This document shows, piece by piece, positions 35,974-49,282 of a DNA stretch of 64,000 nucleotides. The stretch is from Octopus vulgaris (lineage: Eukaryota). The notes beneath the pieces are model-generated. The model saw nothing but the letters and a program-made list of their open reading frames with translations. It was not told where the DNA came from and searched no databases. A program made the translations under genes and the position numbers. The stretch lies in contig OX597827.1 in the NCBI GenBank assembly GCA_951406725.2, positions 77,314,001 to 77,378,000 on the forward strand, written 5' to 3'. How positions within the stretch are numbered: the first letter of the stretch is position 1; every line of letters starts with the position of its first letter.

Positions 35974-36643
35974 ATTGTCTGTTCCCCTTTGTATTACAGG
36001 TACAACTGATTTTTAGGTCAAGGAGGTAATAGGTGGCAGCAAAAGTGATGTCAAGAGTGTGGGGCTGGGACTTGAGAGAGATGCTCAGTGCCAGAGACCA
36101 CACACACACACAGACACACAGATACACAGACACACAGACACACACACACAGACACACACATAATAAAATCAAAAGAACAGGCTATTGTTTTAGTTTTTTT
36201 TTTGTCTATTTATTTCACACAATCACAGTGTTTTATGTCGAAGTAAATTCACAAAGAATGGTTAGGTTTATTGAAATATTTAAACAGTCTTCTTTAGCTT
36301 CTCTTATTGTTATTATTATTATTATTATCATCATCATAAGTATTATTATTATTATCAGTATTGTCATTATTATCATGAAATATCAACAATAATAATATTT
36401 TATTATAATGATAATAATAATAATATTAATAATAATAATCATAGTAATTTGCTTCATCAAATCCCAAAAGAGGATTACATCTCCCCCCTACATACAGGGG
36501 TGATGGTGACTGTAAAATGAAACTTAAAGTATGTGTTTGAAGTCTTAGCTACTACACATACTGCATAATATATTTGTACAGATTGCATGTTTTTATATAG
36601 TTTTAATATATATATATATATATATATATAATGTATATTTATA

Positions 36644-36698
<55 letters not shown>

Positions 36699-36958
36699 GG
36701 CATACTCTATACACACATACATATATAAATATATGTGGATGTGTATATATATATACATACACACACGTGCATATACAAACATATAGACATTCTTTAAAAA
36801 TCTCTCATACTCTCATAATAATGGGTATTTGTATATAAATACAAAAATACACACACACCCACATATATATGTCTATGTGTACATACATATGAATATATAC
36901 ATAGACGCTCACACACATATTTATATATACAAGTGAATGTGTGTAACATATGCACATG

Positions 36959-37009
<51 letters not shown>

Positions 37010-37256
37010 TGACATATATATTTATATATATACATATATATATACCCCATAAATGAGGATATGTGTGAGTGTATTTAACAACAGAGAATAGAATGAGTTA
37101 GATACAAGAAAGAAACACTTTTCTTCATTCGTATATATATATACATAAATCTATACATACAAGCATGTTTATATATACATACATGCATATATATGCATAC
37201 ATATATATATATATGCATGTATATATACCCTATACACACATATATATGTATGTATG

Positions 37257-37307
<51 letters not shown>

Positions 37308-39224
37308 TGTATAAAGTGTTTGAGGTTGTGTACAGATATATAAATATGTATATATATATATGCACACACACACACAAATATACATGCACACAGACACACA
37401 CACACACGTATATACATATTGTTTCTTCTAGGTTCAGTTGTTTCAGAAAAGGCTGTTTGATGTAGCAACACATTGAATTGCACCTTTAATTTAGGGGTCA
37501 ACAGTACCAAAGTCACTGTTATTAGCTCTGCACCTTCAACCGACGCCTTTTGCCCCCTACGTCAGTTGATACAGTCATAGAAAGGAGAAGAAACCCATTA
37601 CTGTATTGAGGAAGTCCTGTTCACCAGGTTGCATGAGAAATAGGGGTTTGATTACTACATTGGTCTGAGGTAGCCAAAAAGTCAAAGGGGGTCCTGCTGG
37701 GTTCATCCCTAAAAAAAAGAAAATGACCATTCTTGAATTTTGAGAGCCCCCTTCTCCAGAACCTGAATGTAGTTTGGTTCTGTCTTGGTGTATATTTGGA
37801 GGCCTAGTGCTCACCCCAAAAGTAATACTGGCTTTTTCATCAATAATACTGACAACTGGGTCCCCTTTGTGACATATTCAGGGAAGAGAAACTGTCATTT
37901 TAATTTCCTTTTGATGCCATCCCTAAATATAGTTCAGAGAATAAAAAAGCAGGCTTTTTTTTTAGCATATGATATAACATAGATTTCAAATTTTGGCACA
38001 AGGTCTGCAATTTTTTAGGGTGTAAGTTGCCTACATTGACCCCAGCACTCAGCTGGTACTTATAATACTGACCTCGAAAGGATGAAAGGCAAAGTCGACC
38101 TCAGTGGAATTTGAACTCAGAACAGAAAGGTAAATGACTGCCACTAAGCTTTTTGCCCAGTGTGCTTGAGATTCTGCCAGCTTGCCACCATATTGCCTTA
38201 CAATATGATGTCACATGTGACATTGTGATGTGTTGTAATATGACAGTGTGACATTTGATATGTGACAGTATGACAATGTGACAATATGACATGTGACACT
38301 AAGACAGGGCAATAATGTGATATGACATGATATGATAATATAACAAATGGCAGTAGGTCATATAACATATGACACTCATGAAGCTGTGGTCTGATCTGTT
38401 GATGGCAAGGGCCAATAACCTTAGACCCATGTTCAGGGTGGCGTGATCTTGGTCAATCACAAAGGAAGAGGAGAATGAGGTAAGGGACGAGTACTCATGG
38501 CACAATCAGTGATGATGTAGTGGTGGTCATCCTGTCTATGCAGAAATGGAGGGAGTTAAAATACATAGTCCTTATTTTAAAGATATTACTGAATCTAAAG
38601 ACCAAAATTATTATTGGGTTACCTTCATCTCTGCTCCAACCAGTGGTCAATGATGTTACAGCTTTGATCATACCAGGGGACTTTTTTCTTTTTTTTTTTT
38701 ATTACAATCTAAGACTACATCATTCAGTGTTTCTTTATAAAGAAACAATAGGCAGTGATTTATGAGAAATTTGGTTGTTGTTTCTAGCAGATTAAGTGAC
38801 CACATAGAGGTTTCCTTCATTGGCTCATGAATACTCAAGTTACTATTGTTGTCTAAATAACTTTTGATCGGCCCTCAGTCAAGCAGCTCATAGTGAAGGA
38901 CAATCCAACAATGGCCATCATGTTTAAGTATATCTAAGACTACCTTATACAATGTATGCTTCAATGTTTTAGGACTATTTCACAGTAATTTGAGGACTAT
39001 TTCACAGTTATTTCTTGTAGGTTGAATAAACATTGGAGTGATTTAGAGGTGTTCAATGCCAAGATCAATACCTGGTGATTGAGAAGTCATTCTCTCCTGC
39101 ATATGCTTCCTAAACTGATCAAGATGGTATGATGCACTTATACAAACTACAAGACTGCAAGTTCAATCCCACATATAAGTGTTATCGTGCCTCAAAGGGG
39201 CACACATTACATTGAAAATAAAGT

Positions 39225-39660
39225 CACAAGGCCTGAAATATGGGGGCAGGGGATCAGTCGATTACATCGACCCCATTGTTTCACTGGTACTTAATTTATT
39301 TACCCTGAAAGGATAAAAGGCAAAGTCGACCTCGGCGGAATTTGAACTCAGAACAAAGATGGACAAAATGCCACAAAGCATTTTTCTCAACATGCTAATG
39401 ATTCTGCCAGCCTGCCATCTTCAGGATGGTAATAATAATAATAATAATAATCCTTTCTACTGCAAGCACAAGGCCTCAAATTTGGGGGAGGGTTTAAGCT
39501 GATTACATCGACCCCAGTGTGTAACTGGTACTTATTTAATCAACCCTGAAAGGATGAAAGGCAAAGTTGACCCCAGTGGCATTTGAATTCAGAACATGAT
39601 GGACAAAATACCGCTAAGCATTTCGCCAGGTATGCTAACAATTCTGCCAGTCCGCCACCC

Positions 39661-39728
<68 letters not shown>

Positions 39729-40190
39729 GCTGTTTCAAATTTTGGCACAAGGCCAGAAATTTTTTTAGGGGAAGAGAGAGCAAGTCGAATCCATTAACCT
39801 CAGTATTTGGTTGGTACTTTATTTTATTGACCCCAAAAGGATGAAAGGCAAAGTTGACCTCAGGAGGATTTGAACCCAGAACATAATGATTTGGAAGAAA
39901 TGCTGCTAAGCATTCCATCCAATATGCTAACAATTCTGACAGCTCAGCACCTTAATAATAATAATGATAACAGGAATTCTTTCTAATTTTGGCACAAGGC
40001 CAGCAATTTTAGTGAGAGGTTGCAACTTGATGTAGTTGAGTGGTACTTTATTTTATTGACCCCAAAAGGATGAAAAGCAAAGTTGATCTTGGTGGGATTT
40101 GAACTCAGAACAGATGGAGTCAGAAGAAATGCTGCTAAGCATTTTGTCCAACTGTTTAAGGGTTCTGCCAGCTCATCACCACCTTCAGCA
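39225..40190 (-). mobile_element. Four SINE family B copies separated by (TAA)n
   Basis: Family B motifs with TAA-repeat tails. Confidence 0.8.
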
Positions 40191-40877
40191 GCAATAATAA
40201 TTAGCAATAATAACAAATATCTGATTAATAACAACAAGTATTTGATTAATGTTCCTAACGAATGATAATCTACAAATGAAGAAATTAACTAATTAGAAGA
40301 GGAAAAACAAAACAAAAACAAAAACACGCACAAAAAATAAAAGATGATAACACAACAAAAATAAGTGACCTGTTCAACTCTATTTTGGACAAGGCTCACT
40401 TCATTGACGGGGAGGAGAGGAGACATTTGTAGTCACTGTACATAGGACATACCTAAAATAGAATGGTCCAAGAGAGAATATGTCTGTAAGTTATTACATA
40501 GATTCTTCCATGTCTTCATTCGTTAATGTCATTTGGTGTTTGGGAGGAGGGGTCAGGGAGCGTTAATTAATTTACACAGTGTTTTCATACAGGGAGTGTC
40601 TATTTAATATAGGATTTGTTAATTTTGACAGAGTACTCTGTAATAGGGTGCATTGTTAGCCTTGATAACAGTAACACTCATTGCTTTAATTAGTACAGAT
40701 AGAGGGTGTGCTCGTTAATGTATATCAGGGGTGTTTAGCCCCGAAGGAGGAAGCAGTCATTGATAAAAGGGGTTTTTTTTTTCCTTTTTGTGTTTAATTA
40801 ATGGAAGAGAGAGTACTCGTTAATGTAGATATATGATCAGTATTGTTATAGGGAGAACTAATTAATACAGATGTCCT

Positions 40878-43364
40878 TTACTTTGTTTGCTTTGGGCCAC
40901 AGGAGACACCGCTGGGCACATTTGCTGCCCAAGTTGAGCCTAACAGGGGTGGCATGGGGTAACCTCGTGACCAGAGGTAATTATTTTCCCAAATGTGAGG
41001 CATGCCATGTAAATATGATGAAGAAGAAGCTGGTGATGGCTGTGGTCGCACAGGAGGGACTTGTGTATCTCGGTGCGACTCCGGTTGGACCGTTGTACAA
41101 GATCTACTATTGTTTTTCAACGAGCTGATTTTCTGTGTGCTAACAATATCCTTGACATGAGCTAAAGAGTCGCACGATGAGGGAGACGAATTATATACAG
41201 TCTTGTCGTTTGTTATGTTCGAGCTGCTTGGCTCCACGGTCTGTTGGGGCAGTTTGGAGTACATCCTGCAGCTGTTCGAGTTACTGCTTGCTGCTGGACA
41301 TTTATGGTTTGTTAAGGAAACCCTGTGTAAAAACTGCTCCCCGCAAATCTGGCAGCTATAGCGTTTCTCCGCCGGTGTATGAGTTTGTATGTGTACCTTT
41401 AACTCACTTTGCTGTGCAAAAACCTCGCCACAAAACTCACAACTGATCTGTTTTGACTGGCTATCCTCTACAATTCCATGGGTTTTCTCGTGAGTTTTTA
41501 AGAAAAACTGGTTACAGAAGCCCTTCTTACAAATTCCGCAAAAGTATAGATCTCCGCTGTGAATCCGTTGGTGATCTATGAGACTATTCCGTTGAGAGAA
41601 GGACTTGTCGCATACACTACAGGTAAAAGGCTTTTCCCCAGTGTGGGTCCTTAGGTGGAGCTTGAGATTGCCTCTCTGAGAGAAAGTTTTCTTGCAGAAG
41701 TTGCATTGGAACGGTCTTTCTCCAGTGTGAGCTCTTTCGTGATTTTTTAGGAAAAACTGGTTACAAAACGGCTTCTTACAGAAGCTGCAGAAGAAGAGTT
41801 CTCCAGTATGCACACGTTTATGGTCGGTTAAGTTGTTTCGCTGAGAGAAACACTTGCCACAAAGTTCACAGTTAAATGGTTTCTCCCCTGTGTGTTTTCG
41901 TAAATGTTGCTTCAAGTTGCCTCGCTGCGCAAATGTTTGATTGCAAAATTCACACTGAAACGGTTTCTCCCCTGTGTGCACTCTGAGATGGTTTTTCAGG
42001 AAGAACTCATTTGTGAAGCCTTTTTTACAATAAGAGCAGTAAAATAAATCCCCTGTGTGTATGCGCTCGTGAATTTTTAAGAAGAATTTATTACAAAATG
42101 GTTTTTTGCAGTAGTTACAATAATAAAGCTCTCCAGTATGGAGTCTTTTGTGGTCGTTTAAATTAGTCTTTTGTGCAAAACCCTTGCCACAAACTTCACA
42201 CTGGAAGGGTTTCTCCCCTGTGTGCGTTCGTAGATGGGTCTTTAAATTGCCACGTTGTGAAAAAACTTGTGGACAAAACAAACACCGGAATGGTTTCTCT
42301 CCAGTATGAGACCTGGTGTGGTTTTCCAGGAAAAACTGATTCGGAAACCCTTTCTTGCAGTAGTTGCAATAATATAAATCTCCCGTGTGTACTTTTTCAT
42401 GAATCTTTAAGAAAAACTGATTGCAGAATCCTTTTTTACAGTACTGACAGTAGAAGAGGTCACCAGTGTGTAGCCGTTTGTGGTCAGTCAGGCAGTTCTT
42501 TTGAGAGAATGCCTTACCACAGGCATCGCAGACAAAGTTCTTCTCACCTGTGTGTGTTCTGAGATGTGTCTTCAAGTTGCCTCTCTGAGAAAACGCTTTA
42601 TCACAGAAATCACAATGAAAAGGTTTCTCCCCCGTGTGGGCTCTCTCGTGGTTCTGCAAGAAAAACTGGTTACAAAATGCTTTTTGGCAGAACTGACAGA
42701 AGAACAAGTCTCCTGTATGCACTCTTTTATGATCGGTAAGGCTATTTTTCTGTGCGAAAGTCTTGCCACAGACGTCACAAGCAAACGGTTTGTCCCCTGA
42801 ATGCATCCTCAGATGAAGCTTCAGGTTGCCTCTATGAGCAAAGCTCCTGTTACACACTGAACATTGGTACGCCTTCTGGTTTGTAGAGAGCGACATGTTA
42901 TTGGTGGCATGGCTGTGCGTACAGTAGTGCGTTTTTAAGTCGACCAACTGGAAGAATTCCTTGTTACAAAAGGAACAGGCAAACGGTCGCACGCCCATGT
43001 GAATGCGTTCGTGTGTACGTAAGATAAAGGAGTTTGGGAAAACCTTTTTACAAAAAGCACAGGTTAGTTCTTTGTCTTGGTTGTTAGGTGCCACAGGAGG
43101 TAGAGTGTTGGTGGTACTGGTGTTAAGGGCTGGCACTTCAATCTCTTCTTGGCTTGATCCAGCATTGTTAATAAGGGGCACGTTTTCTTCGCTGAAATGT
43201 TTCCGGGGAATATCGGGCTGTCGGAAACCTTTAGCACCCTGCGATGGGCTGTTCTTGTCAGTCTCTTTCAAATGGGTGCTTTGGTTCGAATACATGGATT
43301 GGTTGTATATAGAGGAGTGGTCCCCCATACTGGGGTACGCTGGCTGTATCGGGTACATACTCAT
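40878..43364 (-). CDS. Multi-finger C2H2 zinc-finger protein (~828 aa; 20 canonical fingers plus one degenerate C2HC-like finger); single coding exon
   Basis: Uninterrupted ORF with TGEKP/TGDL-linked fingers. ATG at 43364 in CAAAATG context (the track's start at 43382 is TTG), with an in-frame TAA at 43395-43397. No KRAB/SCAN/ZAD/BTB domain recognisable. Confidence 0.95.
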   Translation of the reverse strand: MSMYPIQPAYPSMGDHSSIYNQSMYSNQSTHLKETDKNSPSQGAKGFRQPDIPRKHFSEENVPLINNAGSSQEEIEVPALNTSTTNTLPPVAPNNQDKELTCAFCKKVFPNSFILRTHERIHMGVRPFACSFCNKEFFQLVDLKTHYCTHSHATNNMSLSTNQKAYQCSVCNRSFAHRGNLKLHLRMHSGDKPFACDVCGKTFAQKNSLTDHKRVHTGDLFFCQFCQKAFCNQFFLQNHERAHTGEKPFHCDFCDKAFSQRGNLKTHLRTHTGEKNFVCDACGKAFSQKNCLTDHKRLHTGDLFYCQYCKKGFCNQFFLKIHEKVHTGDLYYCNYCKKGFPNQFFLENHTRSHTGEKPFRCLFCPQVFSQRGNLKTHLRTHTGEKPFQCEVCGKGFAQKTNLNDHKRLHTGELYYCNYCKKPFCNKFFLKIHERIHTGDLFYCSYCKKGFTNEFFLKNHLRVHTGEKPFQCEFCNQTFAQRGNLKQHLRKHTGEKPFNCELCGKCFSQRNNLTDHKRVHTGELFFCSFCKKPFCNQFFLKNHERAHTGERPFQCNFCKKTFSQRGNLKLHLRTHTGEKPFTCSVCDKSFSQRNSLIDHQRIHSGDLYFCGICKKGFCNQFFLKTHEKTHGIVEDSQSKQISCEFCGEVFAQQSELKVHIQTHTPAEKRYSCQICGEQFLHRVSLTNHKCPAASSNSNSCRMYSKLPQQTVEPSSSNITNDKTVYNSSPSSCDSLAHVKDIVSTQKISSLKNNSRSCTTVQPESHRDTQVPPVRPQPSPASSSSYLHGMPHIWENNYLWSRGYPMPPLLGSTWAANVPSGVSCGPKQTK

Positions 43365-44054
43365 TTTGATGGCTGTTATCAAACAATCACAATTTTAAAA
43401 GATTTTTAAAAGATTTTTTTTCTTTAAATTCCAATAAAATAAACAATACTGTTTTTATTGCATTTTCCTCTTTCCTTTTCTTTCTGTTAAGTTACTATTG
43501 CTGTTGTCATAGTAGTAGTAGTAGTAGTAGTAGTAATAGTTGTAGTGGTAAAAAGCAAATCAGAAAAATGTTTAAAGGGTCATACACAAGTTATTCCTCA
43601 AGAAAGGTCCATCAAAACAAAAGGTTGTCGATGATAAAAGAAACGTTAGAAATTTATGATCTTGAAATCCTTTGCTTGTGAAAATATGTTAACGAGGGAA
43701 ATAATTAATTATATATAGAAAATATAGATTTGAAAAATGTCCTCTTTCATTTGAAAGTTGCCTGGTGTTTGGCTGTTTGACCCCTGTCAGCCTTGATCCA
43801 ACAGGTCTATGATCAAAGGCATTCCAACCATGACCAGCATTCCATTATTTCTTTATTGTTTTTTTTTCTTTTTTTCTTTCTTTTTTCCTTCAGGCAATGA
43901 ACTTTTATCCAGTATATCTTTTTAATTAAGATGGCAGTGTGTAAGTTCGTTATTTTTAGTAAGTTGTCTGATCACATAGGGGTTCTCTCGTTGGCTTGTG
44001 GAATATGTTAATGTTAGTGTCAGGGTAAAAAGTTATGAGAACAATTGACATATA

Positions 44055-44087
<33 letters not shown>

Positions 44088-44224
44088 AGGGACAGAGAGA
44101 GAGAGAGAGAGAGAGAATGAGTGAGAGAAAGTGCGTGTGTGTATGTGTGTGATCTTTCAAACTGAGTAAAAATATGATATCTGAGTTACAGAAGTAAACA
44201 TTCCATATTATTGTCTTTCTAGTT

Positions 44225-44487
44225 CAGTGGTTCTTAACTGGGGCTCATATGGCCCTTAGGGGTCCATATAAAATTTTGTTGTTAAAATTTATGTGAATTA
44301 AATTGGTTATATTTCTTCAATACACCAAATATTAACAATTTTTTTTTTTTAAATACAATTCCTAATAATATTTAATTTATCAAAATATGATAGGATTGTT
44401 TAAACCATGGAACGGTTCTGAGGGTCCATCCGAGTAGAACAGAAATCGAAGGGTTTCATAAGTTAGAAATATCGTTGAGAATCCCTG
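44225..44487. mobile_element. hAT (Charlie-like) MITE, same family as 774-1032
   Basis: CAGTGGTTCTTAA...TTGAGAATCCCTG termini; imperfect 8-bp flanks TTCTAGTT/TTCAAGAT. Confidence 0.6.
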
Positions 44488-45685
44488 TTCAAGATGAAGC
44501 AATGTTATTGTTACTGATGTAACAAGTGATGGTGGTGGTAGTGGTGTTGCAATGGTTGTGGTGTTTTTGTATCAATGGTCACGATAGGTGTAGTTGTTGT
44601 TATTGTTATGGTATTGGTAGTTTCTTCTGAGTCGTCCCAATTTCAACAAATATCAGTCAGTCTATCAAAACCCAAAGTCTTTCATAAACGGCCGCCGGTC
44701 TACTTTGACCCTTCCCTTCAACGTTACTGATTCCACCCCCGTTATCCCCATCATCATCATCATCATCATCAACGCCATAGTCTCATTACCATCATCATCA
44801 TCATCACCATCATGAATATGACCTCACATTAATAATGAAGGTAGGCTGAGGAATATTTACATGTTTAAGTTCATGAAACGATAGGTTAAGTCATAATTAC
44901 AGATTGGAACCAAAAGGAAGCTGGTTCAAATCTAGCGGGCAACTGAGTTTCATTTTGTTTATTCTGTTCAGTGTCTGTGTTGACGAAGTGAACGATGGGT
45001 GAATACTGTAATAATGAATCAGGGAACAAGATTGAAAGTTCAGTCCCACATTCGGGTACTACTGTGAAGAAATCTTTATTCACATGGAACCAAAACGTCT
45101 CATGCATATGATAGCTTGATATCTTCACTGTATATGACCTTCATTTACTGATGAATAATAACTGTAAATATCTCACACAATTTTATGTTTTATACAATCA
45201 TATATATATATATCTACACATCAATATCTGTATCTATATACACACACACACCAATGCCTATATCAAAGATGTACCATGTGATATTATGTAACACACAAGA
45301 GATCACAGGCAGCTGATCCCTTCGGATCAAAGTATCCCTGGAAAAACCCCGTCGTTGTCACCTAAAACTCCCAGCATTCATGTAGCGAAAGAGATAGCCC
45401 ACTGCTTGTAAGCGACAGTAGTGGGAACACTGTAGAAATGACGAGTGTTTCGTTAGCTTGCAGGGACAAAGTGATAATGATGTTGCTTGACTAATAACCA
45501 AATCTGCTATCTAGAGATGGCTATGGATTGGACTAGGGATTGAACACACCTATGTCCTGTAAGTAAGGCTGCTGCTGCAACTGACACTACTTAAAATATA
45601 GATGATGATGATGATGATGACAATAAGATCATGAAGGCCAAATTAAGAGCTACACTTTGTGAAATATAAAACAGTGAAAGTTCTC

Positions 45686-45728
<43 letters not shown>

Positions 45729-45739
45729 ACAAATATAGT

Positions 45740-46025
45740 GGAGGTGCAATGGCCCAGTGGTTAGGGCAGTGGACTCGCGGTCATAGGATCACGGTTTTGA
45801 TTCACCACAACTTTCTCTCACTCTTTCTTTCTGTTTCTGTTCTACCTGTATTTCAAAGGGCCAGCCTTGTCACACTCTGTGTCACACTGAATCTCCCCGA
45901 GAACTACGTTAAGAGTACATGTGTCTGTGGAATGCTCAGCCACTTGCACGTTAATTTCACGAGCAGGCTGTTCCGTTGATCGGATCAACTGGGACCCCTG
46001 TCGTCATAACCGACAGAATGACACA
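45740..46025 (+). mobile_element. SINE family D variant with a different tail
   Basis: Same tRNA head; tail shared with ~10900-11050. Related copies at 5480-5730, 5970-6222 and 56590-56800. Confidence 0.7.
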
Positions 46026-46689
46026 GAAAAAAATATATATATATATATAATATATGTAAATAAATAAATGAAAATGAAGATTGAAATTAAAAACTGCTGT
46101 AACAAAGCTTCGTAATTGTGACACCTAATTAAGATTTTGGCTGTTACACTGACTGATCTTTGTTCCTTTAGGAATTTGGTAAAGCTGTGGTCATTGCCGA
46201 GTATTGTGACTATTGTGGGCTTTTAGGTGTAGTAGTAGTGGGAGTGAAGATGGTGTCAGTGGTAGTGGTGGTGGCAGTTGCAGTAGTAGTAGTAGTAGTT
46301 ATCACTGTCACGGTTATTATTATTATTGTAGTGACTTGCTCTGGTAGTTTCCATCCATCAGACGATGGTATTGTTATTGTTTGTGACAGTTGTTGCTGCT
46401 ATTGTTGTTGCTGTTGTGACTGTTCCTTTCCTTATAGCTGTCTGGTGGATTATTGTTCTTCTCTGTACAGTTGTTGTGTGTTGTTGTTACTGTTCTTAAA
46501 CAGAGATATGAAATTACATTAAAAAAAAACCTAAAAACCAACACACATACAGTCCTATATGTCAGGTTACAATGTGTCCACAAGGTGTTCACAAGATGTT
46601 CCCAATGGATGTTCACAGATGTTCACAATGGATGTTCACTATGTGTGTTCAAAGATGTTCACAAGTAAAACTACACACATTCACAACTT

Positions 46690-47014
46690 TGTTGGTCATA
46701 TTTGTTTGTTATTGTGTTGGTTATTTTGTAATTTTTTCCAAGTCCCTTCTAAAATCCTCAGGCCTAAATGTTACCCAATAAAGCAGGCCTTGGTTGCAGC
46801 CCAGGTGATTTATAGATTAAGAGCACACAAGTATATTCACGGTTCCATTGGTTCCTCTTTTTTCCCTTGTTGTTGGGTCAGAACCCTTCGGAATCCTGAT
46901 GGCACTTTGTTGGTAAGGCTCTTAACCCCGATGAAGGCCTTGTAGGTTTTGCTCTTCCCACATCGTTCTGGAGAACAAGAAATCAATCGATGCTGTCGCT
47001 TTTTGGGAGGCCGC
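46690..47014 (-). other. Putative non-coding exon upstream of ZNF gene 2 (3' boundary uncertain)
   Basis: Strong minus-strand acceptor TTTTTTCTTTCTCCTTATATTTCAAACAG|G at 47014 followed by unique sequence. Confidence 0.4.
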
Positions 47015-47387
47015 CTGTTTGAAATATAAGGAGAAAGAAAAAAAGATAAATTTGAAGGTTGAATGGAAGAAAGATATAGAGTGATGTTTTAAAATGACAG
47101 AGAAGATAAACACTGGACAATAACAATATGATGCTGCAGATGCTGCTAATGGTGATGGTGGTGGTGGAGGTGATGATGATGGCAATGATGATGATGACAG
47201 GATCGGAATGGCAATAATTGAGATTCAGAATACACAGACTCACAGATATGAGATGATATAAAAAAACAAAAACAAACAATCAAGGTAAGTAACAATATTC
47301 TCTGAAACAGACATCATTCGTTGATATATACAGTGAAAGATATACACACACATGTATATGTGTGAGTCTATGTATGTGTGTATATAC

Positions 47388-47448
<61 letters not shown>

Positions 47449-47451
<3 letters not shown>

Positions 47452-47940
47452 GGTGCAGTGAATAAACTGTTGTCTAAATTATACATCAAGTGCCTGGGGG
47501 AAATAGTGCTGCCCTGGGTCAAGAGAGTGACTGCTGGAAGACCCTATGTCTGGCAACAGGACTCTGCACCATGCCACACAAGCAGGAGAATGCAGTCATG
47601 GCTGTCAGACAATTTCTGTGACCACATCACCCCTAACATCTGGCCACCTAACTCCCCAGACTGCAACCCCCTTGATTATTGTGTGGGGGCGCAGTTGAGC
47701 AAGATGCCAACAAAACTCCTTGTAACACCAAAGATGATCTGATGGCAAGGATTAAGGCAGCATTCACCAACTTAAACAAGGAGACCATCCAAAAGAGTTG
47801 CAGGAGATTCCGAAGTTGTCTGGAGGCTGTGGTTGAAGCTAATGGCGATTTTACTGAATAATTTTACTCTTTAGTATTTCAAGATATTTTAAAGTAATTT
47901 TGGTAAATATATCTGTTAAAATGCAATGTCAGTATTAAAG
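47449..47940 (+). mobile_element. Internally deleted, frameshifted Tc1/mariner DD37D (maT-like) transposon
   Basis: WQQDSAPCH...WPPNSPDCNPLDY with 37 residues between the catalytic Ds; C-terminus RFRSCLEAVVEANGDFTE in a shifted frame; TA-CAGGGTG terminus. Confidence 0.8.
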
Positions 47941-48161
47941 AGTGAAATTATTCAGTCAAATCGCCTGAAGTCATTCTTTTTCTCTCTCTGTTTTTTTCAT
48001 TCTCCGTCCATTTTTCCCTCTCAGTCCTTTCTGTCGAAAAGTGTAGGCGTGTAGGCTCAAAATGTCAAAGACTTTACCATTCTTCCCGAGCATTAAACTA
48101 ATACACCTTCTTGTTGTACCCTCACCTGTCTTCTTTTATTTTCTGTAAACTTGAACTATAT

Positions 48162-49110
<949 letters not shown>

Positions 49111-49282
49111 ATATATCTACACATGTAGACTCCTATTCCTATGATCCCTAATGTGCCACGGACATCATTCCTCATCCTCCACACCACACTTTACTCAATC
49201 TACAATTTCCAGAACTCTACGGAACCATCACTCATACCAAATTAAGAGGGTCAGCATAGTAAGCTGTAGGGAATTGATACCA

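Noticed and set aside
36475-37516. Numerous YI/IY-rich ORFs (also 23000-25000, 48436-48811, 56791-59313, 61672-62311)
   Set aside because: Translations of (TA)n/(CA)n microsatellites.
40871-43409. Plus-strand ORFs antisense to ZNF gene 2
   Set aside because: Short shadow ORFs without recognisable motifs.
44886-45128. 80-aa ORF as an upstream coding exon of ZNF gene 2
   Set aside because: Non-ATG start, no domain similarity and no clear donor; includes a tRNA-like B-box fragment on the opposite strand.
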